Below, in pieces: positions 1 to 10,722 of a stretch of 64,000 nt of DNA. The DNA lies in the NCBI RefSeq assembly GCF_000150275.1, contig NW_002060955.1, positions 912,287 through 976,286 of the forward strand, in the 5' to 3' direction. The notes under the pieces were generated by a model, which worked only from the letters and a program-made list of their open reading frames with translations, made no database searches and was not told where the DNA came from. Numbering within the stretch: the stretch's first letter is position 1; each line of letters begins with the position of its first letter. The DNA comes from Trichoplax adhaerens (Eukaryota; Animalia; Placozoa). Both the position numbers and the translations under genes were made by a program.

Positions 1-181
1 GTAATTGTGACATGATGTTCATTTTTTCGATCATTTCCGGACCAGAAATGGCATAAACACTAATTCGAATTCGCGAATGTACCTAACATGAATAGATACA
101 GTTAACATTGCAAACTTGGGTAATACGAGTATAATTTGAAAGTATGGCTAAGGTTGTACACCCAGTTACTGCAAAGTATAG

Positions 182-1028
182 GATATAAAATCCATTAAAA
201 TGAAGGGAGAATTTAAAAAAAAAGCTGTAGCAAGACCATATTGTAATACTAAATAGCGCTACTTCTACATATTCCAATTAAGTGATAACACGATAAAGCC
301 TAAGCGTCATTAAGAAGTTATTACAATAGTATGAAAGCAATTATCGCACTCTTGTCATTGAAAAACCGCACAGAGACTTACTAGTTTGTCGATTCCGAGT
401 GATTGTTCCAGTTGAGAGGTGATATCAGCATAAACCGGTTGCAAATGTACAAAGACTACATCCAGAAATTTGATGTTGATAATGCTGTATGTAAACGTTA
501 TAAATATCATACGCATTAAGCCATGAAAATTGATTGCATGGACTAAAATACTCAACAACTTACTCGTGCGTAGACATCGTGTTAATGTCCTCAACAGCTT
601 TGATAATGTCTGCAATGAATGACTTAATGACCATAGTGCTAAATCATACATGATAGCAAAAGAAATAGATATTAGCGTTCTTCATCAGTTACGAATACTA
701 CTCATTTAGAACCATTTCAAAGTTATGATTATAATATAGTTGCCAAACATACTGCTACAGAGTAGATATGAAGATAGTGGTAAAAAAGTATGTTAATTAC
801 CTTTTGTAGGACGAGATGCAAATAATTCTACGAACACCATTGTCACGGGAATATTTATCATATGATGTTGATAGAGGCTTAGAGAATTCATGGATGGATT
901 CAGTAAGAGCAGCTTGGAGATCATGACTATCAAATTGGCTTTCAGTATTGCTACTATAGCGAACGTTGGCGAAATTCTCATACAACTGTTGTCATTATGT
1001 TTAGGAATCAAGAATGAATTATTACCAG
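182..1028 (+). CDS. Candidate internal exons of an unidentified gene entering from the left edge (182-226, 412-486, 810-902, 1005-1028)
   Basis: Four AG/GT-bounded, phase-0, stop-free segments join as DIKSIKMKGEFKKKA-LRGDISINRLQMYKDYIQKFDVDNA-DEMQIILRTPLSREYLSYDVDRGLENSWMDS-ESRMNYYQ. No family recognised and no terminal exon resolved. Confidence 0.35.
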
Positions 1029-1691
1029 GTATACGGGTACAATTTGTGTACATAAAAATTGATACAGATTATTCAAATTTTAATTTAAATGCCTGATTTG
1101 ATCATACTATATTATTAAGATGATGACCCTTTGAATTATTGCTAAGACCTACATTTATTTAGTATATGTGTTTAACTTTACTTTATCATAAGAGCTTCTA
1201 AGTCACCACATGCACTGTATATTGTACAAAGATGGACAGTAAGGTAGCAAGTCAATTTCCATTTGAAAAGGTGACAAGTTTCATTCAAAAATGAGCATAT
1301 AGTTGAGCTTAGTTGAACATATGAATAAGCAGCTATGATACATTAATTATTGGGACTGCCTAGAAAGAAAAATACCTTCATGATACTACTTCGGCCCAAA
1401 TTGTTATCCATGGCATCGAAAGTTTTTGATTTATTTCCGATAACTTTAATTAGAATCTATTAAGACACAAATATTATACCAGTTAAAGATACAACCAACG
1501 TAGTTTTAACGAATTCCAAGTTGTCTTGTAGCCTCATAGGAGAAAGACGGTATTGACAGTGTTTGACAGCTCAGCTCATTTGTCATTGCTGTAGCTAAAT
1601 ACTAACAAGGTATTATTAACAGCTAATTTATAGAGTGTGTGATTGATTACTTTTGCAATTTGATCAAACAATTTCAAAGTAGCCTTTTAAA

Positions 1692-1831
1692 TTAAAAAGA
1701 AGATGTAGAGATCTGTCTACGCACCGGATATTTGGTAGAATAGATATCAAATGCGATACGAAAGTATTCGATCGCTCCTTCAGTGGCACAGGTCCATAAA
1801 GATTTCTCCAATTTGAATGTGTTTCCTTTAC
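1692..1831 (-). pseudogene. Possible terminal exon or gene remnant (GKGNTFKLEKSLWTCATEGAIEYFRIAFDIYSTKYPVRRQISTSSF*)
   Basis: AG acceptor and a protein-like 46-codon frame. Upstream minus-strand exon-like pieces at 2000-2860 contain stops or frame conflicts and could not be joined. Confidence 0.2.
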
Positions 1832-3023
1832 CTAATATTATTGCATATACGTATATAAGCATGTGTTGATAGTTCGTCTTTATTGGCCTAGTGTTATCTT
1901 TTAGTCTTTCTGTGTAGATGCTTAATTGATAGGCCAACAATATCATCACAACAATCAACATTATAAGATAGTGCATGGTGTCGCTTGATCATGTCCACAA
2001 TTTAGACTACCAATGGCTCAATAGATGAATCATATTGTATCTAAATCGATTATTTGACATTGTCACTATCAATTTTATAGATGCTTTGCGATGGATAGCA
2101 TGTAAAATGTTGTAGTGCATCGCTCCATTCCTGTCCGTTCCTGCTATCTAAGTATGCAACTTAGACCACTCGTGATCTAGTGGCAGACTACCGTGCTAAA
2201 TTCGAGTACAAGATATGATACTATTCTCAAGCTAGCTTAATGTGGTGTAGTGTACAGTGTGATGTTCTTTTACACTTATTTCCATGCAATAATAATAGGA
2301 ATGGGTTACTTCATGAATACGTCTACCCCATCCATCGATCAGCAGGTAGACAGTAGCGTTGGTGTTTTAGTGTGTTTACCATGGTCCACTCATTCTACAT
2401 AGTTTCAAGTTTGTAGGTAGAATAGATCAAATTCAATGCAAAGTGAATACAGCTAACCATTGTCAATTTCATGAATATCACCGCAGCCTTTATCTAATTC
2501 CTGGCAGCTATGTAATAATAAAACACTTCTGCCGGCAATTGCTGTATTCTGCATTCTTCTTCAATGAATTACACCACCATTCAACCTGCAAGTTCAAGGA
2601 TAGTTGATGCTATACTTCAATAAAGAGTCTGCTATCATAGTCAGTGGATGCTATTGCTCAGTCAACAACATCAGAATTTCAATATCGATCTTTCTTACTT
2701 GATCATTCCTTGCTCATATTCCTGTATGAGTTTTGTCACTGACAGCGTTTATTAATTTGAATCTTTGGCCTTTTCCTTCTGCTCGTTCGCCTCGGTAGCA
2801 GTATCGCCGAAGAAGGACCGACAGACAGAGCTAAGACGCCAACAATCTGAGCCAGTCCAGTGTTTGTGTTCAGTACGGTACAGTGTAAGTACTGTAGCGT
2901 AGTACAGTATACAGTACTGTACTGGACTGGAAGTCTTGTTCCAAGTGCCTGATACAATATTCGGTGTATAGTAACTAAGACTGGGCTAGAGACAGTCGCG
3001 TGAAGCAAGCTGAATTCATTGAT

Positions 3024-4300
3024 GCCTGCGACTTGGCTACAGTATAACATACTGTAGACTACAGTACTGTACTAGAAAGAATCCCAGGACAAGAAACTTC
3101 TTCGGATGGACAGACGTCGAACCTCCGCGCATACTGTAGACTACTGTACTAGAAAGAATCCCTGGACTGCAACTTCTTCGGACGGACAGACATCGAAATT
3201 CTGCGACTTGGCTATAGTACTGTAGAGTATAGGGATACTGTAGACTGCTGTACTGTACCACAAAGAATCCCTGGATTAAAAACTCCTTCGGACGGACAGA
3301 CGCCGAACCGCTGCGCATACTGAAGACTACTGTACTAGAAAGATTCCCTGGACAGGAAACTTCTTCGGACGGACAGGCGTCGAACCTCTGCGCATACTGT
3401 AGAGTGCAGACTACTGTACGCTAGAAAAAATCCCAGGACTGGAAACTTCTTAAGATGGACAGACGTTCCACCTCTGCGCATGCTGTAGACTACTGCACTA
3501 GAAAGAATCCCTGGACTGGAAACTTCTTCTGACGGACAGACATTGAAATTCTGCGACTTGGCTACGATACAGTATGGCATACTATAGACTACTGTACTGT
3601 ACTAGAAAGAATCCCTGGACTAAAAAACTCCTTCGGATGGACAGACGCCGAACCTCTGCGCCTACTGTAGATTACTGACTAGTGAGTCACTGTGAGTGAC
3701 TACTGTACTAGAAAGAATCCCTGGACAGTGGACAGGCAACTTCTTCGAACGGACAGACGTCGAGCCTCTGCGCATGCTGTAGACCACTATACTGTACTAG
3801 AAAAGATCCCAGGAATGGAAACTTCTTCAGACGGACAGACGTTGCCCCTCTGCCCATACTATAGAGTGTACAGTACAGTACAGTAGACTACCGTACTAGA
3901 AAGAATCCCTAGACTAGAAACTTCTTCGGACGGACAGACGTCGAACCTCTGCGACTTGGCTATAGTAGAGTATAGGGATACTGTATACTGTAGACTGCTG
4001 TACCACAAAGAATCCCTGGACTGGAATCTTCTTCGGACGGACAGACTTTGAATTTCTGCGACTTGGCTATACAGTAGTACTGTACAGTACAGTACAGTAC
4101 AGTACCAGATAGAATCCCTGGTCTGGAAACTTCTTTCGGACGGACAGACGCCGAACCTCTGCGACTTGGCTACAGTACAGTATGGCAAACTGTACCGTAC
4201 TGTACACTGTACAGTACTACAGTATACAGTACAGTACAGTACTGTACTAGAAAGAATCCCTGGACTGGAAACCTCTTCGGACAGACAGACGTTGAACCTG
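3024..4300. repeat. Minisatellite: 13 copies of a ~60-bp core TACTAGAAAGAATCCCTGGACTGGAAACTTCTTCGGACGGACAGACGTCGAACCTCTGCG with variable CAGTA/TACTG-rich linkers
   Basis: Cores start at about 3070, 3147, 3256, 3333, 3419, 3496, 3600, 3705, 3794, 3893, 4001, 4103 and 4244. The period is about 75-140 bp, and there are two linker types (CATACTGTAGACTACTG and ACTTGGCTA...). Confidence 0.95.
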
Positions 4301-4739
4301 CACTAAAGCTAGTGTATTTTTTCCAATAGTCGTTGACTACTGGATGAGCAAGTTTGGATCAAGTGGAATCACAGATGGAAGGATAGATCTTTTCAGCTCT
4401 AACACTTCATTATGACAGTACTTGAGTATGTAATCGGTCGATTTAAAATGAACTGATTGTTTCTCAACGACGTAATATGATGTGGAATCTTATTGCCTTT
4501 TACTCAATTCTGCTTGCAAACAGTTATAGAAGATCGTTGATGTTCTATTTCAATGAGTACCACTGTACCAGTCATTTAGAAAGTACTGTAGACAAGAAGA
4601 TCCATACTAAGTCAGTATTTTTCCATACTGCGGACCTTATTTGGTAAGAAATCGATAGAGTCCATCTGTCTGAGGGTGATCAGCTCAGCCACTATTGAAT
4701 GTTCACTTGTTCAGTACTGTACCATAGCGGTTTTTTTAC

Positions 4740-5350
4740 CTCTATACAGTACAGTACAGAACGGTATTCTACAGTACATTATTACAGTACTGTACAGTGT
4801 ACAGTACAGTACTGTACAGTACAGTACAGTACTTACCAGTGTACAGCATGTACTGTAGAATAGTGTCGATATCGGATTAGGGTGGATTCCATTCGATATC
4901 ATCGAGGAGTAAAATCATGTGCACGCTAAATATCTTAACTACGTGATAACAGCTACTATAGAATTCATAATGACTAGATAGTTATTTTTAGCAGTCCATG
5001 GTACAGTGCGAGAGCCTGAAGGTCCGTAATAATTGTTAGAATTAATTGATTGATGTACAGTAGACCACTCAAGTTAAAGAGACAAAAATAATCATCCCTT
5101 TAACGACTGGATTGTACGTACAGACGGAACACCGGATGACCTGGTGATCATACACTAACTGTAGTCTGTAGTATCGTTGGTATCGCATCGGTACCATTTA
5201 GTACCGTTTGGGTCCAGTACTGTACGGTACGATGCCGATCCGCACCGTAGCCTAATTTGATAATGAACTCTACAGTACAGTATGTACTGTACAGTACTGT
5301 AGTATGCAGTCGTACAGTACAGTAGTCCATTTTGCTTTACTGTACTGAAC
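4740..5350. repeat. (CAGTA)n/(TACTG)n degenerate pentamer tracts upstream of the MiT gene
   Basis: Dense runs at about 4745-4860 and 5215-5350, and also at 2870-2930. They mix both orientations and create palindromes such as CAGTACTG and TACTGTACAGTA. Confidence 0.9.
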
Positions 5351-5353
5351 ACT

Positions 5354-5474
5354 GTCCCACGGCTCCTTCGTGGGACTCACGTGACGTTGCGTGACGCAAT
5401 CGATGCTGGTGTTTCAACCATACCGGTACGCTTTCCGCTTGAAGCGTACAGTACTGTAGGCACAATTGCGTCAC
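5354..5474 (+). promoter_or_regulatory. Putative MiT promoter module: inverted repeat, CLEAR/E-box and two inverted GTGACGCAAT bZIP-like sites
   Basis: GTCCCACG-7nt-CGTGGGAC at 5354-5376. CTCACGTGAC at 5376-5385, with palindromic TCACGTGA at 5377-5384. TTGCGTGACGCAA at 5387-5399. ATTGCGTCAC at 5465-5474 is the exact reverse complement of 5391-5400. The module sits about 400-520 bp before the ATG in a GC-richer island. Confidence 0.55.
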
Positions 5475-5848
5475 CGCCATATCCAGGAGTCAAAGGACTT
5501 GCACTGTAGGCCAAGTTGACTGGGCCACTCACCCTGGTCAGAAATACCCACCGGGGAAGGGGGGTAGAAAGAGCGACGAAAGGACGCTATTGCCATCGCC
5601 ATACTGTTGTACTGTACAAGACAAGTAGCGCAATACTATATAACTCAGTAGTAGAGAAAGACGTTGAATGTTGATGCACTAAACCAGCAGCGGTCGTTGC
5701 GCTTGACTCCACTTGGATGATTTTTGCAGGGCAGTTTTGCCTTCTCCATCGCTTGATTGCGTAGTATTGGACATCAACGCCTTCACTTTGATTATTACAC
5801 CAATATTCTGATTGAATTGGACCTAGTCAGCAGTCAGGAATTGCAAAA

Positions 5849-5863
5849 CCCCCCCCCCCCCCC
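5849..5863 (+). repeat. C15 homopolymer ending 8 nt before the MiT start codon
   Basis: aaaa-C15-aaaacaagATG read directly from the sequence. Confidence 0.9.
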
Positions 5864-5871
5864 AAAACAAG

Positions 5872-8800
5872 ATGGATTCAACATCGGATGCTGGTGTTGA
5901 CGTCAATGTTGCTGACGATCGCCAGCATCATCAAGCCCGACACAAGCCGCAGCCAATATCGGCACAATCCGCTGCCAAATTAGAAAACTACATAGGCGAT
6001 GGTTCTTATAGAATGAAGAGTCGGCCATTACAAAAGTATGTACACTAGAATACAGTATAGCGCCATTGATCGATGTTGACTAGGCTCTCACTGTAAGACG
6101 ATGATATTAAAGTGACTTTTGTGCCACGATGGTCATTTGCATGATTTCAATATCAAAATGCAGAAACACCCACAAGGTATTGATTGATTCACCTTTTCGC
6201 TGCATCCTTTGCGAATGGCAGTACTCGATTGATCAGTGGTTATACAACCTAGAGGTACTCATAACATGGACCTGTATAGCGATTGTGATACATGTCCTAG
6301 TGTAAATCGGACACTACTCGTCGATCTTGTAGATCCGATATACTGGATAGGTACACAATCGACAACAGGCAGCCCAATCATACTGTACTCCCTTTTCTTT
6401 CATCCCTCTACTTTCTTCCTCCATGATAGTTGTTGTTGTGTGTCAGTACGACAGATACGATCAACGCCGTGACATGGACAGTCCTGCATACAAGTGAAGA
6501 GATAATATATTTGTGCGACTCTTGCAAGTCAATTGAACCTTGGTATCTTACAAATAAACTAATCAAAGCAACCATTTTCATGGTGATCATGCCACGATTG
6601 CATCAATGGCTGATCAGACGTGATCTTACAAATTTGATAGTATTGCCGCTCGTTAACATTCATTTGACAAGGACGTCTGATAGGCAATGCATTTTCGTTT
6701 ACTTCCACTGCAGACTATCGACGTAGATGGAATTCAGCTTTGGACAATTGTCGATAAAAGCTTACAATAGACTCTTTATGTCCAGATTTTACATGGTAGT
6801 CAATGATTCGTCTAGGCACTGGACTATTCCAGCCGATGATCATGGACAGTTCCGTCTAGGCAGTGGACTGATCATTAGCTATCACGATACCAAGGTACAT
6901 ACTTACCATATTGGCAAACTTGTATGCAGTGTTGTATTCAATTTCGTCCAGTCTAGTTGAAATCATAGCGATGGCCATTTTCTCCATGCTTCAAATCGCT
7001 GGTCTTCAATGAATTCATAAATCAATGTTACAATCTCTACTAGCTATACTTCACTTTTATACCGCAATGGTATACATGCTGGTAACTTATTACACACAAG
7101 TATTTACCTCTTGAATAATCATGGATCCCCAAAATCAATCTTTTTCCTCCTTAATAATGACCAGTATAATAATGGACATAATCGCTATTTTGTTCCATAG
7201 TACAACAGCTACTGATATAGCGTAAGTCGAGTAACCATAGAGGAGGTGGAAGGTAGGTATTGTTTACCTTCTCCCAAAAATGTGCACTAACTGCTTTATA
7301 TTGATGAAGAGCTGCTGTACAATTTTACATAATTTTATTTATTTGACTTTGATTGGTGGCGTACAAATCAATCATCTATTTCCACTATTGACGAGTATGT
7401 ACAATGTATACTGATAATTGATAATCGTTGGCTCAAACGTTGATCGAAGAACGTTACTTAGAATCACAATCATTAAGTCACTGTACTGTACAAGGTTCTT
7501 TTCTAAACACAGAAATAGTTCACTATACTGTACAAGGTTCTTTTCCAAACACAGGAAGAAACGAATTGCTCATGACGGTTGTAGCCGTACCTTTATTTGA
7601 CATGATAATTTGACAAGGCTGTTCTCCTTTTCAACTGTCTAAACAACGCGGGCAGGTACGATTACTTCAGTCTCCCATTTTACTAGGTGGTAATCAGCAG
7701 AATCATCATGTCTACACCCTGCAACCGATGTGAAGGGTTATAGTCTACTTTGACGCATCAATCAATACCAAGCCTTCTTTAAACCATTAAAATCATCCGC
7801 TTTAAATGTGTCACTATGTAATCTGATTTCGTGGCACTTCCTATTGGAACCTATTCGTAGACTTTATTAACCGTTAGACTCTATTATAGAAATTCAGTAG
7901 CCCTCGGATTTGAATCCATTCATACTGCACTATGCTACTTGTGTTATCTGCTCATGGTTCTAAAGAATGCCAATTAAAATGTTGACAATCGCTCTTACTT
8001 CCTCATATGTACTTCAATAGGTTACAATATTGCTTGAAAGCCATGTTATGCTCATCCCTGTAATCAGTGGAGAGAGTATATTCAGGCTTGTAGTGTAAAT
8101 GGTGCATAAACAGTGGCTTAAAAGTCTTACACGATAGTAAGGGATTACTTCACCCTGTGTAAGACTTACACAAACTGCCCATTTATTTTCTTATGTCGTC
8201 TATTTGCATCCGTGATTGCTACATAATGTAAACATAGTTGTAGAGATAAAGCTAGCAGTTAATGGAATTCGATTTAACATTCCGTATTTTTGCAGCTTTC
8301 GATCTGGCGGATTTGGTAAATCGCCCACGACAGGACGTATCGCATTAAAACAAGAACTTCAACGCGAGCATGCCCGACAACAGCAAACGAAAGAACTCCA
8401 ACGACTTCAGAAAGGTTCATTAGATGTTAGACAGCTCCAACGCTACGCCAGTGGCAGCCATAGGAAAGCAATGGGGCAGGAAGACGGTGTAGTGAATGCC
8501 AGTTTGATGACATCGTCGTCTTTACCTAGCGAATTATATACGGTAAAAAGATATGCAAAACGTATAATAGTGATATCAACAGTTGTACCTACATAAATAG
8601 AGTAGCTTCTTATTGTTTGATATGTGTATAAACCTTCTATCGTAATCCGTGATTCGTTGTCATGAAGAGTTGAAAAAAATTTGTAAATTTGTAGATGAAA
8701 TCGAAGCTGGATAAGCCTATAGACTTTCATGTGGGCAAGCTCAACAAGACACAACATCAGCCAGCTAATTTGGGTTTATCATCGACTTATGCCGGATCTA

Positions 8801-10722
8801 CCGGTAATAGAATTATAGGCGATATTCCGGAGGATAAAGATGCCGATATGTCTTCGTGCTTTTCCGATGGATCAAAATTAAATGTTGATCAAGAGGTATG
8901 CAAACGTTGATTACAATCACAACTAAGTGCATAGTCATTTTGCTTTATTTATCAATCGTATCTATTAGTATCAGATTTTATTGACTCTGTAGTAAATTTG
9001 TTCTCTAGAAGTACTCAAACCAATTTGTTAAGTAATTGCTTGTAAAACCAAGATTTAAAAAAAATTCACAAATATCTAGTTAGATTTTGTAAATTCTGAA
9101 CTGGGTATTTTTGATCATAATAGGTAGACGACATGGCTTTAGAAGACCTGATCAGGTAAATTTTGTGTGCATATTTATCGGGTATACCTACTAATGCGAA
9201 TATCTATTTCCATGTCAAGTTGACATACTTTATCTTAAAGAAAGTCTTTTCTGTTTTGTTATACTGTATTAATACAATGGATAGCTTGGAATCTAGTATA
9301 AATTCACCATCTGTTCCGTTATCTGCGACAGTAAGTTCTCCAGTTGTTTGTTTGTTAAGCTCTCTAATATACAGTATATTGATTGTGGATAACAATTTAT
9401 TTGGCATCATCTGTACAGTTACAGGAATCATGCAACTTCTTTGATGGCTCATTTGACAACGTTAATGCCCCTTCGGTAAAAAATGTTCTATTTTTAATTA
9501 ATGAAAATGTCAACAGATCTCTTTTCTATTAGTATTGGATAGTAGGCCTAATATGCGTCGTTTTACTTTAAAATGCAAAGCTAACACAAAATGTGTCCTA
9601 CTCCTGTCCACCTGATGTACATGTAAAGCAAGAACCTGAAGGTGAGAGTGTCCTTTGATTACTTCTACTCTTGGATAATATTTCTTGGGTAGCGCCCTTT
9701 GATCTCTTTATCTCTCTAAATTTTGTGACATTCTTAAATCGCTGCTGCAGTGATCGTGAAAAATGTACTTTGATTATTAATCTTTCTCATGATGCTCTAA
9801 ATACAGTTGCATCGAACTTTATTGAGAAAGTTTTGAAAGATAGACAAAAGAAAGACAACCACAACCTAAGTAAGTTGTAAGACATAAGTTCTTATATAAA
9901 CTACAACATAGAATTCTGGTAATTAATGAATGCGATATTTTGCCAACTCATTGTTAACCCTGATATTGCATTTTATGTGGACACAGTTGAAAGAAGGAGA
10001 AGATTTAATATAAATGATCGAATAAAAGAGTTAGGTGCTCTACTTCCGAAGCAGGACGCGTAAGAATCCAATTCTTTATAACCTGGACTACACAACAGAA
10101 GGGATATGCATCATTCAGCTAATGATATGTCAACAATCACTTATTTAAATACTTTCTGTAGGGACATGAAAACAAATAAAGGAATTATTCTCAAGGCGAC
10201 TGTGGATTACGTTAAAAAGCTTCAAAGGGAAATTGTTAGATTACGGCAACTAGAAGAAAAACAGCATCAATTAGAAGCTACAAATAAGAGATTATTATTA
10301 AGGATACAGGTGAATTTTTTCAATTCTTAGCCTATTGTTTATCGATCAACTATAATTTATGAACGTTTTTATGGCATGATGTATGTTAGGAATTGGAAAT
10401 GCATGCAAGAGCACATGGAATTCCAACCACTCCTTTAACGTCGGATACAACAACTGAAAATATTACCAGTAGCGCATCTGTACAGTCCATATTAAGTACT
10501 GGTATTTTGCCGGAAATAATGCAGCCCACTACGCACACTTCGCAAGCTTTCTCATCAACTACAGCTTCAACTAGGGATGAACTAATGGACGTTGGTGATG
10601 ATCCTATTATAACTTCAGTTAGCGTTAGTATAGCTGGTAGTAGCCGTAGGAGTAGCTTGACGTCTATGGATGATGATCAAAGTCCACATCAGCAATTTAA
10701 TGAAGATATCTATCTGTCTTAG
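5872..10722 (+). CDS. MITF: MiT/TFE-family bHLH-leucine zipper transcription factor (MITF/TFEB/TFE3/TFEC co-orthologue), ~474 aa, 11 exons
   Basis: Exons 5872-6035, 8296-8542, 8695-8895, 9124-9155, 9285-9330, 9419-9475, 9581-9641, 9807-9869, 9987-10059, 10162-10309 and 10390-10722 are phase-consistent (1425 nt). Diagnostic motifs: [93 protein letters not shown] and C-terminal [11 protein letters not shown]. Confidence 0.95.
7201..7221 (+). other. Candidate 21-nt in-frame microexon of the MiT gene (adds 7 aa: TTATDIA)
   Basis: ctattttgttccatag|TACAACAGCTACTGATATAGC|gtaagt has a pyrimidine-rich acceptor and a perfect donor. It is symmetric phase 2, matching intron 1. Confidence 0.5.
7478..7560. 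repeat. Two-copy 42-bp direct repeat in MiT intron 1
   Basis: TCACTRTACTGTACAAGGTTCTTTTCYAAACACAGRAA at 7478 and 7520. Confidence 0.85.

Noticed and set aside
1692-1831. Goose-type lysozyme similarity
   Set aside because: Only a vague resemblance, and the catalytic and GLMQ motifs are absent.
3070-4300. CRISPR array (conserved repeats with variable spacers)
   Set aside because: The spacers are low-complexity, mutually related CAGTA derivatives, the repeats are about 60 bp and diverged, there are no cas genes, and the context is intron-rich eukaryotic DNA.
3070-4300. Hammerhead ribozyme or UUCG-tetraloop RNA (CTTCGG and GAAA in each core)
   Set aside because: There is no CTGANGA core, and the stem around CTTCGG is only about 2 bp.
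2736-5352. Cluster of ORFs rich in YSTVQ/TVLYC
   Set aside because: These are translations of the pentamer tracts and minisatellite, and the frames shift between units.
8443-9452. Antisense ORFs over MiT exons (similarly 21832-22032 over Wnt)
   Set aside because: They are shadows of real coding exons with no independent motifs.
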